A DNA stretch of 64,000 nt from the IMG/VR virus record IMGVR_UViG_3300005613_000027, positions 1 to 64,000 of that record; one strand, given 5' to 3'. The notes under the pieces were generated by a model that saw only the letters and a program-made list of their open reading frames with translations, did no database searches and was not told where the DNA came from. Within the stretch, counting starts at the first letter, position 1. Each line of letters opens with the position of its first letter. A program made the translations under genes and the position numbers. Positions 10,602-20,401 of this stretch are shown here, in pieces. The DNA is from a virus.

Positions 10602-11050
10602 TATGGTTGACCCCATGTGATAACATAAGGGGCAGACCCCCCAATTATTTTAATCCAAAAACCTGATATCTCTCTATGCACACCATCATCATACATAAGT
10701 TGCCAATTATGAATACTTGATGTCGGTGTAGATCCTACAACATAACTATAAAACGCTTGTACATCACCAAGATATGTGTTTGCTACCTCCACTACTCCAG
10801 CTCCGTATAAATCAGTTATTTGGTCTAATACATAATTCTCAAACTTTGCTACTGTAGTATCATCGTGCACATGTTGATGTGTTGTAGAATTCCAGTAGCC
10901 GTGCTCGACGGGAATGGCTGCAAGTTGCCAACCAAATTCTAATTGAATGGAGCCACTACCTATACCACTACATATCGTACCTGACTCAACGCACGGTACT
11001 GTAAAGAAATCATATCCAACAGTAGAGGTATAACGAAGATCCATTCCCAT
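10601..11050 (-). CDS. Putative virion structural protein
   Basis: 149 aa within structural cluster; SG motifs. Confidence 0.55.
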   Translation of the reverse strand: MGMDLRYTSTVGYDFFTVPCVESGTICSGIGSGSIQLEFGWQLAAIPVEHGYWNSTTHQHVHDDTTVAKFENYVLDQITDLYGAGVVEVANTYLGDVQAFYSYVVGSTPTSSIHNWQLMYDDGVHREISGFWIKIIGGSAPYVITWGQP

Positions 11051-11580
11051 TAGTAAGCACCTCCCATACGAAATGGTAGATCATCAGTTATACTTCTGTA
11101 GTGGGCATACACCACACCACTTGTTGTGGTGCCACTCCAATCACTATCAGTGTCCCCTTTAAGTATTGTAATTATATAATCAGTTTTATTCAATCCAACA
11201 TTCCTTGCTATTTGTGAAGCGTTAGCTGTAGCATTCGTTCTCAACACTTCTTCGACACTAACATTATAGTGTCTATTTTGTTTCACTAAATCATAAATAT
11301 TTTCTGGGTTAACTATTATTTCTTCAGTACTTGAATAAAAACCAATAGATGTAGCGTAGCAAACATATTCGCCTGGCGTGTTTATGGTTAATGATTTCCT
11401 ATATATACCAGACTCCGTAGTCGACTCTGGTAGAACACCATTTAATGGTGGAGATAGGGCAGTATCATTTACATCTCTCACATCATAATAAACAGTTCTG
11501 CCTGAAGCATTTAGCCCTGTATCTTCATCCCACAATGCAACCGTAATTATAAAAGATTCGCCTATATTGACACGAATCAT
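11050..11580 (-). CDS. Putative virion structural protein (Ig-like)
   Basis: 176 aa; GIYRKSLTINTPGEYVCY beta pattern. Confidence 0.55.
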   Translation of the reverse strand: MIRVNIGESFIITVALWDEDTGLNASGRTVYYDVRDVNDTALSPPLNGVLPESTTESGIYRKSLTINTPGEYVCYATSIGFYSSTEEIIVNPENIYDLVKQNRHYNVSVEEVLRTNATANASQIARNVGLNKTDYIITILKGDTDSDWSGTTTSGVVYAHYRSITDDLPFRMGGAY

Positions 11581-11582
11581 CT

Positions 11583-12440
11583 TTAACCTCCACTACCACA
11601 GACAACACTAGACAAAATATAAGCAGCACATTCGTCTTTATGTCCATATTTATTATGACATTTTTTACAACAAGCAATTCCATAATCCGGGTCTAAGGCG
11701 AAAAAAGGTTCTAATTTCTTAGGTTTAATGTGATGAGCGTTCTCCGCATTTTCACCACAATATTCACATTCATAGTTGGCTCTTCTAAATACCTCATCTC
11801 TCCATACTTTGTATTCATTATCAGTATAGTATTTGTCTTGTTTATATCCTTTTGGATATTTTTTCTGATTAAAAAGCTCACAGGAAACTCTACAACCATC
11901 AGAACAATAGAATCTACATCCACCACCCTTTTTATTATTCAATACTCTTATTCTTCTATGAACTGAAGAAGTGGTTGGTGTAAACCATTTTCCGCATTTA
12001 GTACATTTTATCTGTAGTATTCTCAATCCATTTTCGATTATACATTTAGTTTCCTCAGCCCACTCTAATTGTACATTATAAGTATCATACAAAGGAATAT
12101 TTTTTTCTTTAACCCCGCCTTTCCAACGATGACTTTTTTCACCTGATTGCCTTTGAACAATTTGCTTTATATGCTCATCAGACAATTTTCTGCCCTTTAA
12201 AGAATTAGACAATTTTGTTAAAGTTTGTTTAGATTTAACTATCCCTTTGCTATAATTATTTCCAAACTTAGTAGTATCATAACATTCACCAGTACAAAAC
12301 TTAGCATCTTTATGTGGCGACAAGAATGGTTCATTACACACTTCACATGTGTCTATTTCCCAAATGGTTTGTAATCCTTTTCTTAGATTACCTCTATTAG
12401 ATAAATAAACTCCTTCTAAATTGTCCCAACAAATCTTCAT
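11583..12440 (-). CDS. Free-standing HNH homing endonuclease (MKICWDNL family)
   Basis: CEYCG...AHHIKPKKLEPFFALDPDYGIACCKKCH, near-identical C-terminus to 9834..10601. Confidence 0.85.
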   Translation of the reverse strand: MKICWDNLEGVYLSNRGNLRKGLQTIWEIDTCEVCNEPFLSPHKDAKFCTGECYDTTKFGNNYSKGIVKSKQTLTKLSNSLKGRKLSDEHIKQIVQRQSGEKSHRWKGGVKEKNIPLYDTYNVQLEWAEETKCIIENGLRILQIKCTKCGKWFTPTTSSVHRRIRVLNNKKGGGCRFYCSDGCRVSCELFNQKKYPKGYKQDKYYTDNEYKVWRDEVFRRANYECEYCGENAENAHHIKPKKLEPFFALDPDYGIACCKKCHNKYGHKDECAAYILSSVVCGSGG

Positions 12441-12450
12441 ATTTAATCCT

Positions 12451-12849
12451 TTATGCTTGATCTAACGTCATAAATGGTGGAAGTGGAATAGATATCCATC
12501 CACTGTCTGAATCACCGTATACCAAAGTAAAAGACCCATAATCTTCGTTCAAATATAAATATTGATTCTCACCATTTAGTTTTTCTGAACCGCCCGAAAT
12601 TGTCGCAGCATTAGTTCCACAGTAACCACCTTTATCTACAAAGGTTGTTCTTTGACCCTCTTCAGGATTATCATACATAGTAATAATAAAAACACTTCCA
12701 GTAGTATCTACAAATATATTTTGTCCGCCACTTACTACTGTATGAGTACCAGTCACTGTAACCCATGCTATCAAAGCAGCAAATTCTGTCTCAGACAAAA
12801 CATCTTCATCTCTAAACTGACTTTCTCTTAGTCTACTGCGTGCCATCAC
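12451..12849 (-). CDS. Small fibre/baseplate-like structural protein
   Basis: DTTGSVFIITMYDNPEEGQRTTFVDKGG...LVY pattern common in phage fibre domains. Confidence 0.45.
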   Translation of the reverse strand: MMARSRLRESQFRDEDVLSETEFAALIAWVTVTGTHTVVSGGQNIFVDTTGSVFIITMYDNPEEGQRTTFVDKGGYCGTNAATISGGSEKLNGENQYLYLNEDYGSFTLVYGDSDSGWISIPLPPFMTLDQA

Positions 12850-12857
12850 ATTATCTC

Positions 12858-13409
12858 CTATTTAGGCCAAACCGAATAAAATTCTTCTGACTCTAAAAAA
12901 TCATCCGGTAATATAAAATTATCACTTATTGAATCTCTTACAGGATAACCAAAACAAAAATCTACAAACTCTGTACAATAAAAAAGATCTGGCGAATCAG
13001 AATCAAAATCATAATCATATCCTACATCTTTATCTAATTGCGTCCAAGCGTTCTTTATAGCAGCCTGAATTATTGTTGAGTCTTTTGACCTCAACACATC
13101 AATATTATCACATCTCATAAATGTAAGAATATCTTCTTTACAAATACCACTTCCTAAAACATGAATAATTTGATCATCTCCAACATATATCGCCGCGTGA
13201 GTAAAATATCCAGGTATCATTAAACCACTTAAATAGTGATCATATCTTCTTAAAAATACATCGCCTGGCTCAATAGTATTTAAAATTTCTCGTTGATGTT
13301 CGCCTTTAATCTTGTAAGCTGTATGACCAGTAAGTATAAAAAACGGATATTTATACACTTTAACATTCCCAAACCAACTTGTAAATGCTGATTTAAATTT
13401 ATACCACAT
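12858..13409 (-). CDS. Permuted papain-like NlpC/P60 enzyme (YiiX/YebB-like)
   Basis: PGDVFL...PGYFTHAAIYVG...GYDYDF...FYCTEFV: His before Cys. Confidence 0.85.
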   Translation of the reverse strand: MWYKFKSAFTSWFGNVKVYKYPFFILTGHTAYKIKGEHQREILNTIEPGDVFLRRYDHYLSGLMIPGYFTHAAIYVGDDQIIHVLGSGICKEDILTFMRCDNIDVLRSKDSTIIQAAIKNAWTQLDKDVGYDYDFDSDSPDLFYCTEFVDFCFGYPVRDSISDNFILPDDFLESEEFYSVWPK

Positions 13410-13410
13410 T

Positions 13411-14091
13411 TTATACCCCCATTAATTTAAACTCATTATTTTTATAAATCACGTAAGTCTTACTATGAATCCAATCCCCACAATTAATATATAAACAATC
13501 ATCTATATCTTCTATTTTGGGCAAATGAGTATGTCCTACAACAATATATTTATACTTATGCCCATATTTTTCCACTAAACTATGCTCGATATCAAAAACT
13601 AAATTCTTATAATAATCTTTATCTCTCTTATTTGCTATAGAATAAAATAACTCCCTAAAAAATGCTTTTATATTTATACCAAACCTTTCTAATACCCAAT
13701 GTATTGGTGAAAATACTCTGGTAAGCCATGAGTATTTAGTAATCATAGAATCAAACCCATCTCCATGAACTACTATACCTGCTTCATCTCCAATATAAAA
13801 CTCATACTCCATTAAAACTTGTTTACCAGGAAAAATACTTTCTAGACTTTGAAGTGAAGGGTCATGATTTCCTTTTATAATAACCACATTATCTAACTTA
13901 TTTATTACATCTATTATTCTTGAATACTTACTAACTATATATTCTATACTTTCTTCCCAAACATCTATAATATCACCTACTATAAAAATTAAATCATAGT
14001 CCCCTTTTAAAATAGAAATAATTCTTTCAACATCCTCAAAAAGAGGGCTTCCTAAATGTAAATCGGACATAAACAAAAATTTATGTTTCAA
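13411..14091 (-). CDS. Calcineurin-like metallophosphoesterase (LpxH-like)
   Basis: SDLHLG, GDIID, GNHD, HGD, GHTH, NCGDW motifs; TTG start. Confidence 0.85.
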   Translation of the reverse strand: MKHKFLFMSDLHLGSPLFEDVERIISILKGDYDLIFIVGDIIDVWEESIEYIVSKYSRIIDVINKLDNVVIIKGNHDPSLQSLESIFPGKQVLMEYEFYIGDEAGIVVHGDGFDSMITKYSWLTRVFSPIHWVLERFGINIKAFFRELFYSIANKRDKDYYKNLVFDIEHSLVEKYGHKYKYIVVGHTHLPKIEDIDDCLYINCGDWIHSKTYVIYKNNEFKLMGV

Positions 14092-14115
14092 TTTTACACC
14101 CCCTTTTTATTAAAT

Positions 14116-15096
14116 TTATATACTTCTCTTTCTATGTAAACACATAATACAAGCTACTGACCAGTTATGATCTTGAGATGTTGTAATATTAGTCTCTCCT
14201 ATCATTTTTAATCTCATCCCATGGCCCATTTGATCAGTATCAGATGAATTTAATGCTATAAATCCACTTTCTAATAGTGGTATTTTATTAATAAATCTTG
14301 CAAAAACAACTTCTGTAGAAAACATATTGTATCTTCCATTCCCTGTAGGAGCTGCTGTTATATTTTCATATCTTTTTGTAGAGGTGTTCCAATCAGCATC
14401 CCAAAACGCAGTAGAAGGATTATCTAAATCATCATTAGGCATATAAATTAATCCGCCTGAATGTGTAGTTATATCAGATGTAATTTCTATTGTACCATCA
14501 CCCGCTGCAGGAATAATCATATATCCACCATATAAATTATAATATGTACCAGACGAAGTAGTAATGGCTGTTGTTCTTGGCACCATATCTAATGTAAGAA
14601 GATCAACATGTCCATCCTTCCATGTTAAATATCCTTCATGAAGCCATGTTTCATTTTCTACTATGTTAAAGTCTACATATTGCACAAGTGGTTCTGTCTG
14701 ATCTATTTTATAATCAAAAGACAAACCCGCGCCGCCGCCAACATTAGTAACATCTTCTGGGTCATCACCTACACCTATCCACATAATACGAGTTCCTAAT
14801 TTACGAGAAGTTTGATGCACACGCAATTTACCTGATCTATCACGTTGCTCCTCTTGTATAGGAATATCCCATGCCCATTTAAGGGCAATAAGTTTTGTTA
14901 AATCCTTTTCACCATCATTTAATATTAAGTTTTCTTCATCTATATGATAAGGAATATCAGATTTAGAAATTTCGAACCTAGTAAAGTTTTCTAATAAATC
15001 AACCTGACCATCTAATGGGATTTCTAATTTTTTACCATTAGGCCCTATATAAATAGATAAATTTTCTACTGTATTATTTTTTGCCAACATTATCAT
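14116..15096 (-). CDS. Putative virion structural protein
   Basis: 326 aa; N-terminus shares LILNDGxKDLT with 17963..18691. Confidence 0.55.
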   Translation of the reverse strand: MIMLAKNNTVENLSIYIGPNGKKLEIPLDGQVDLLENFTRFEISKSDIPYHIDEENLILNDGEKDLTKLIALKWAWDIPIQEEQRDRSGKLRVHQTSRKLGTRIMWIGVGDDPEDVTNVGGGAGLSFDYKIDQTEPLVQYVDFNIVENETWLHEGYLTWKDGHVDLLTLDMVPRTTAITTSSGTYYNLYGGYMIIPAAGDGTIEITSDITTHSGGLIYMPNDDLDNPSTAFWDADWNTSTKRYENITAAPTGNGRYNMFSTEVVFARFINKIPLLESGFIALNSSDTDQMGHGMRLKMIGETNITTSQDHNWSVACIMCLHRKRSI

Positions 15097-15098
15097 AA

Positions 15099-17960
15099 TT
15101 ATTCAACTCCTATTAACATATTTATTTCTTTAACAGACTCTGATTCAGAACCATAATGTCTAACACTATTTGAAATCCTTATTTCATCATAATAACCTTC
15201 AAAATAATAATTTCTACAATGTGTTGATGCTATATATATATCATCTTTATTATTATTCCAAACATTTTGAAAATCTGTTGTTAATTCTTCATACCCAGCT
15301 TCTACACCATCCACATAAACCTTTATATAATCAACATCTATTGTTACAGAAAAATGATGCCATTCGTTGGTTTTAAAACTATTGGTGGCTGTAGTTATAG
15401 TTCTAAAAGAAGAAGCACCATAATACTTAACTTCAATCTTTTGTTCATACAGTTTCCACCATATCTGCAAAGCTCCCTCAGTATAACTACTGTTACCTTT
15501 TTGAAATATTACAGAATCATCACAGTAAGGTCTTATCCAACCTTCCACTGTTAAAACCGAAGTTTCATAAAATGAATTATGATTCAATCTTAACCAGTCA
15601 TTTTTACTATTATTCATTTTAATAGAATTAGTTCCAAACTTAACATAATCAGTTTCTATAGTACACATAGACCCAGTAGTTTGCATCATAGCATTTTGAA
15701 TAATACTCGATGAATCATAAACCACATTACCATCTGTTTCATCTAAATGCCACAACCCCAATGTATCATTATCATTAGTAAAAGGTATGGTTGAAGGTGT
15801 AAAATTACTTTCATATCTTCTTGTAGAGGAAATACGAAGTTCATCTATTTTACCATTAAAATGATAAGTATGATAATAAACATAACTATCATAATTACTA
15901 GTTAAACCGGCGCCTAAAATAAATGGTTCTCTATTACCATTTAAACCCTGTGTCCACGAAGCATCCGATGACTTAAGTACACCATTTAAAAATACTTTAA
16001 TACCACCTGTACCAAGCACCACTGCTAAATGATACCAAACCCCTGGTGTAATATTAGGATCAAATTGAATTTCTTTACTGGTATAAGTATTTTGAGATCT
16101 AACATAAATATCATCATAAACCAATCCAATTGTAAGATGACCCCCTGTATCATACCCACTACTGTCTTTAGAAAATAAATGCTGTGTGTTATATATATCA
16201 TCAGCTTTGAACCAAAACTCCACAGTAACATCTTGTATATCATAATCCTTATGATGTAAAAATTCTACATAATCAGATGAACCATTAAAATTAACACACC
16301 TATCAAACTTACCATCATAATTCAAATCAGCACCTTGGCGACGGCCGGGCATCCCGAAACATGTTGTAGATGAATTAGTAACATGCCTATAAACTTCATC
16401 ATCACCATCAAAATGCGCCAAGAAGAGTGTGTTAGAATCTGAAATATAAGAATTATCAATATCACTAAGTAATACCCCACTATATGTTACCATTTGTGCA
16501 GTTAGTATATCCCCAGCAATATATGGGACAGACATAGAGGTATCATACCCTTTTATGCCAGAAGAAAGCGTTAAAGTATACACCACGGCGTTGTTTTTCA
16601 AAATATTATAGTTATTAGAATTAATACAATCTGTTAAAACACTAACTTCTTCTATTTTACCATCGACAGGCATTACATAACCCAAAGTAGAGCCGCCAAC
16701 TACTTTTAACATAGTAGTAGCAGGCAAATCATCATCAGAACTATCACCAAAAGAAATATATTTTATACCGCCAGAAGTATTAATATCATTTATACTAACA
16801 CCATCTTGTGTATCAAATCTCTTTTCTGCATCATTCCAATAAGCAATATAATTATTAGTAGGTGAATATTCTCTAGTAGCTAATGCCTGGAGCGAACCTG
16901 ATATACCTGCAGTGAATATGTCGTATACCTCATCAAAAACTAAGAAAGCATTTGTAAGAGTTCCTCTATCAATTTCTATACCGGCCTGATTTTTTGATAC
17001 CCCGGCACCAAGTTCTCCTTTATTTACAACTATAACATTGTCTTCTACTTCCATTATTTCTGTATTAGCTATAAATTCAGTACCACTAACAACTAAATCA
17101 CCATCAATAACTAGATTTCCTGTAACATGTCTTGAACCATCAATAGGTAAATATTGTGGGTGGTCGTCATCATCCAGTCCTGTTAATCCACCATGATCTA
17201 ATAAATCATCTACTTCAGTCTCCGTGTAATATCTATCATCTAATTGACCACCATCTAACAAAGTTTTAGTATAATACCGCGCATCGCCACGAGCATCGGT
17301 GTGATATTGTGTATGATCATCATCACCTAAACCAGTAAGCCCTCCGTGATCTAATGTTAACCCGTCTAATTGATCCTGAAGTGTTCCAGAAATAGTATTT
17401 ATCTCATCTTCAGTATAATATCTATCATCATGTATATGATCTAAATCAGATTTTCCATCTATATTATCCTGTAAAGAACCACTTATTGTGTCAACTTCTG
17501 GGGTAGTATAAAAATCTAAATTATCTATATAATCTTGAAGTGTGCCGGATAGTGTAACAAGATCTTGGTACCTAATAATATATGAAGGTATTTGAGAATC
17601 ATCTAATTGACCTATATGATCTCCACCATATAAATTATGCGGTTCTGGATCTATTGCTACCTTTAATCTATTCTGAGAATCTACCTCTGTAATTTGATCA
17701 ATGTCTTCATCAACTAACCTCACATTTCCAGGCAATACCAAAGGTGTGCCTGTATGAGCAGCTATTACACCGCTTAAAGTAGTTTGTTCAGCACCAGACA
17801 ATGCGGCCTTAAACCATATATCACAGTCATCGGCTTCTTTGGCAATATAATCTAACGCCACAGTAATAGTAGATACTTGAATATCTTCAGTTAAACGACC
17901 AGCATCTACTATACCATTTAAAGTATCATCGTTTATTGAAAATGTATACTTAATACTCAT
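15099..17960 (-). CDS. Tail fibre/receptor-binding protein with two LamG (ConA-like) domains
   Basis: TVEFWFK...WYHLAVV...FNGKIDELRIS occurs twice; DHGGLTGLxDDDHxQY and HDDRYYTE repeats; start revised to ATG 17960 behind GGGGGGT RBS. Confidence 0.75.
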   Translation of the reverse strand: MSIKYTFSINDDTLNGIVDAGRLTEDIQVSTITVALDYIAKEADDCDIWFKAALSGAEQTTLSGVIAAHTGTPLVLPGNVRLVDEDIDQITEVDSQNRLKVAIDPEPHNLYGGDHIGQLDDSQIPSYIIRYQDLVTLSGTLQDYIDNLDFYTTPEVDTISGSLQDNIDGKSDLDHIHDDRYYTEDEINTISGTLQDQLDGLTLDHGGLTGLGDDDHTQYHTDARGDARYYTKTLLDGGQLDDRYYTETEVDDLLDHGGLTGLDDDDHPQYLPIDGSRHVTGNLVIDGDLVVSGTEFIANTEIMEVEDNVIVVNKGELGAGVSKNQAGIEIDRGTLTNAFLVFDEVYDIFTAGISGSLQALATREYSPTNNYIAYWNDAEKRFDTQDGVSINDINTSGGIKYISFGDSSDDDLPATTMLKVVGGSTLGYVMPVDGKIEEVSVLTDCINSNNYNILKNNAVVYTLTLSSGIKGYDTSMSVPYIAGDILTAQMVTYSGVLLSDIDNSYISDSNTLFLAHFDGDDEVYRHVTNSSTTCFGMPGRRQGADLNYDGKFDRCVNFNGSSDYVEFLHHKDYDIQDVTVEFWFKADDIYNTQHLFSKDSSGYDTGGHLTIGLVYDDIYVRSQNTYTSKEIQFDPNITPGVWYHLAVVLGTGGIKVFLNGVLKSSDASWTQGLNGNREPFILGAGLTSNYDSYVYYHTYHFNGKIDELRISSTRRYESNFTPSTIPFTNDNDTLGLWHLDETDGNVVYDSSSIIQNAMMQTTGSMCTIETDYVKFGTNSIKMNNSKNDWLRLNHNSFYETSVLTVEGWIRPYCDDSVIFQKGNSSYTEGALQIWWKLYEQKIEVKYYGASSFRTITTATNSFKTNEWHHFSVTIDVDYIKVYVDGVEAGYEELTTDFQNVWNNNKDDIYIASTHCRNYYFEGYYDEIRISNSVRHYGSESESVKEINMLIGVE

Positions 17961-17962
17961 TT

Positions 17963-18691
17963 TTATACCCCCCAAAGTTCTAAACGGGCTCGTCTTATTT
18001 TAGATTCAGCTCCAGTTTTAGAACCACAATAATCTAAATCTATATAATGATTTCCAGCAATCAAAGTTTCTCGCTTAAAACCAGACACAGGGGACCAACT
18101 GGAAATATTGTCAGGTTGTTCTATATGTTCCATTAAATCAGTTGTATCATCCATTTGAACTCTTGCCTTAAATTGAAAACTACCATGTTTATACTGCCAT
18201 TCATAATACCATTTTATAATATAATCCCCCGGCGGAATAACTCCACTAGTTAACCTAAGCTTTTGTGTATAAATTGTATTTGTAGTAGATGACTCACCTT
18301 CACTAGAATCATATTTTATAATTGACACAATACCTGGAGTACCGCTTAAAGTTGCCCATTCTGTTCCAGATACAGTAGATTTTAAATAACTTCCATCTTC
18401 ATAATCATCAGGTGTATCCTCCATCTTAATAAGATGGTCTGGTAATTCATAAAATGTAGGCACACTAGAAATATCAAAAGACTCTTCCATAGTTAAATCT
18501 TTAGTACCATCATTTAGTACTAATAATCCACCAGAAATAGCTGTCTTTAAATCTAGCGAATAGTCTATATCATCGAGTGAAAAATATTCTCTTAAATCCC
18601 TCTGAGAATAAGCATCTATATATATACCAGACAAATCAGGTATTTGTATTCCACTAGATGTAATATTTTTTACATAAACATTCTTTGCCAT
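17963..18691 (-). CDS. Putative fibre-associated structural protein
   Basis: 242 aa; DTPDDYEDGSYLKSTVSGTEW module shared with 18692 protein. Confidence 0.55.
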   Translation of the reverse strand: MAKNVYVKNITSSGIQIPDLSGIYIDAYSQRDLREYFSLDDIDYSLDLKTAISGGLLVLNDGTKDLTMEESFDISSVPTFYELPDHLIKMEDTPDDYEDGSYLKSTVSGTEWATLSGTPGIVSIIKYDSSEGESSTTNTIYTQKLRLTSGVIPPGDYIIKWYYEWQYKHGSFQFKARVQMDDTTDLMEHIEQPDNISSWSPVSGFKRETLIAGNHYIDLDYCGSKTGAESKIRRARLELWGV

Positions 18692-20251
18692 TTATTCTTC
18701 ATACCTCCATCTTACTTCTAACGTAGTAAATGGATTTCTTATTTTAGTATCAACATTATCAACATACATTTTCAATCTAGTGCCTATATCCACAGGTATA
18801 TTAGCTCTCATATTTACATATTCCCAATCAGTATGATTAAAAGTAAATAAATCAGTAGTATCATTTCTAATTCTAAATAGTTTATCGCTACAAAATACCT
18901 CTTCTGCTGCTGAAATTATTGCTGTAATAGTGGCAGGTCTAGGAATTAAATAATGTGCATACATATGTCTTAAATCACCTATAGACATATAAAGACCATC
19001 AATAACACCTTGATATGTAAATAAATAATTATGAACTGTAAGGCTTAACCATTCATCTCTATCAGGATCATAATAGAAAAATTCATTATAATTAGCATTA
19101 TACCATAAGTTAGAATCAGTGGGCGGGGTGGTACCAGTAGAAGTGGTACCAACAATAGCGGGAGCAAACTCTAGGCCGGAGCCATCTTCTTTTATCCTCA
19201 CATATTTTGGATCTGTGTAATCTACAACATCGTAGGATTCCGGTGTATCTATTAACTCTATAAATGTGTCCGCCCCACTTATAGTTACTATTCCACTTGA
19301 AGTGTTTTCAACATAATTAAACCCATGAAAATCAATAACCTCAAATGGAGAACCACTAACAGTAACACCCTCTTTATATACGTTTATAGTGGAACCAGAG
19401 CCTGGAGGTCCTTGCACACCTTGAACGCCCTGCTCACCCTGAGGACCTGTTTCTCCTTGAATACCCTGATCTCCCTGCTCACCTTTAATACCTCTTGGCC
19501 CTTTAAAACTAAAAAAGGTTATACTGGAACCATATTGTATAAGTGTAGAAGGATTTGATACAGTTTGGCACCTTAACCTATACTTATATCCAGAAATTAC
19601 ATCAAGTATAAACGGGTTAGTGGCGGCCGTACTATATTCATCATCAGACCTAGTATAACCATAAGAATATGAACCTGTTATAGTAGTCCACACAGACCCA
19701 TTATACTCTTCAAGCCAACATTTAAGGGTATCCCTTACACCTGAATCCAAACTACCTACTACTTTATAACTACAAAATAAATACTCTGTAGAATTTATAG
19801 TAATTTCATCAGATGCCAGAGAAAAATTATTAGCACCAGTTTTATTATCAGAATTAAACCTAATTTGATCAATATTCACTGTCGAAGCTGTAGTATTTAC
19901 GGTTTGACCGCCAGTAGAATCAATTGCTTCAAAATAAGTTTCTGTTGCATTTATTAACCCACTCACAGTAGCCCATTCAGTTCCTGAATAAGTAGACTGC
20001 AAAAGTGAACCAACCTCATAGTTATTGGGTGTGTCAATCAACCCTATAAGTGTGTCAATAAGACCTTTAGTATCTAAATAACGTTTTGTTATAAGATGGC
20101 CTGGCTCTGTAGGATCTACACCGCTAATAACAGTAGTGATAGTCATTTCATCTCTACTGTCATCCCAATATAGTTCAGCATCATCATTAGTACCAAATAT
20201 GGCTTTCTGATAATCTTTGAATTCTATACCTTTACCGGAAAATTTTGCGAT
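18692..20251 (-). CDS. Collagen-repeat fibre protein; probable non-AUG (ATC) start
   Basis: Gly-X-Y run. The frame extends 35 codons upstream of ATG 20146 as xAKFSGKGIEFKDYQKAIFGTNDDAELYWDD, matching the N-terminus of 20402..21412. Confidence 0.65.
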   Translation of the reverse strand: MAKFSGKGIEFKDYQKAIFGTNDDAELYWDDSRDEMTITTVISGVDPTEPGHLITKRYLDTKGLIDTLIGLIDTPNNYEVGSLLQSTYSGTEWATVSGLINATETYFEAIDSTGGQTVNTTASTVNIDQIRFNSDNKTGANNFSLASDEITINSTEYLFCSYKVVGSLDSGVRDTLKCWLEEYNGSVWTTITGSYSYGYTRSDDEYSTAATNPFILDVISGYKYRLRCQTVSNPSTLIQYGSSITFFSFKGPRGIKGEQGDQGIQGETGPQGEQGVQGVQGPPGSGSTINVYKEGVTVSGSPFEVIDFHGFNYVENTSSGIVTISGADTFIELIDTPESYDVVDYTDPKYVRIKEDGSGLEFAPAIVGTTSTGTTPPTDSNLWYNANYNEFFYYDPDRDEWLSLTVHNYLFTYQGVIDGLYMSIGDLRHMYAHYLIPRPATITAIISAAEEVFCSDKLFRIRNDTTDLFTFNHTDWEYVNMRANIPVDIGTRLKMYVDNVDTKIRNPFTTLEVRWRYEE

Positions 20252-20253
20252 TT

Positions 20254-20382
20254 TTATACCCCCATTAAAAACTGATACAATTGAGCGTGTATATTAGTTT
20301 TCTTGCCCTATTTACTACCTGCGTATCTAATAACTTCTAATCTGCCGAAACTATGCCCCACTAAATCTATTCTCTTATCCAT
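20254..20382 (-). pseudogene. Internally deleted homing endonuclease relic
   Basis: MDKRIDLVGHSFGRLEVIRYAGSK*GKKTNIHAQLYQFLMGV*: typical HEG N-terminal DLxGxxFGRLxVI joined in frame to an HNH-like C-terminal tail, with in-frame TAG at 20308-20310. Confidence 0.6.
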
Positions 20383-20401
20383 TTAAAATCTCCATCATAT
20401 T

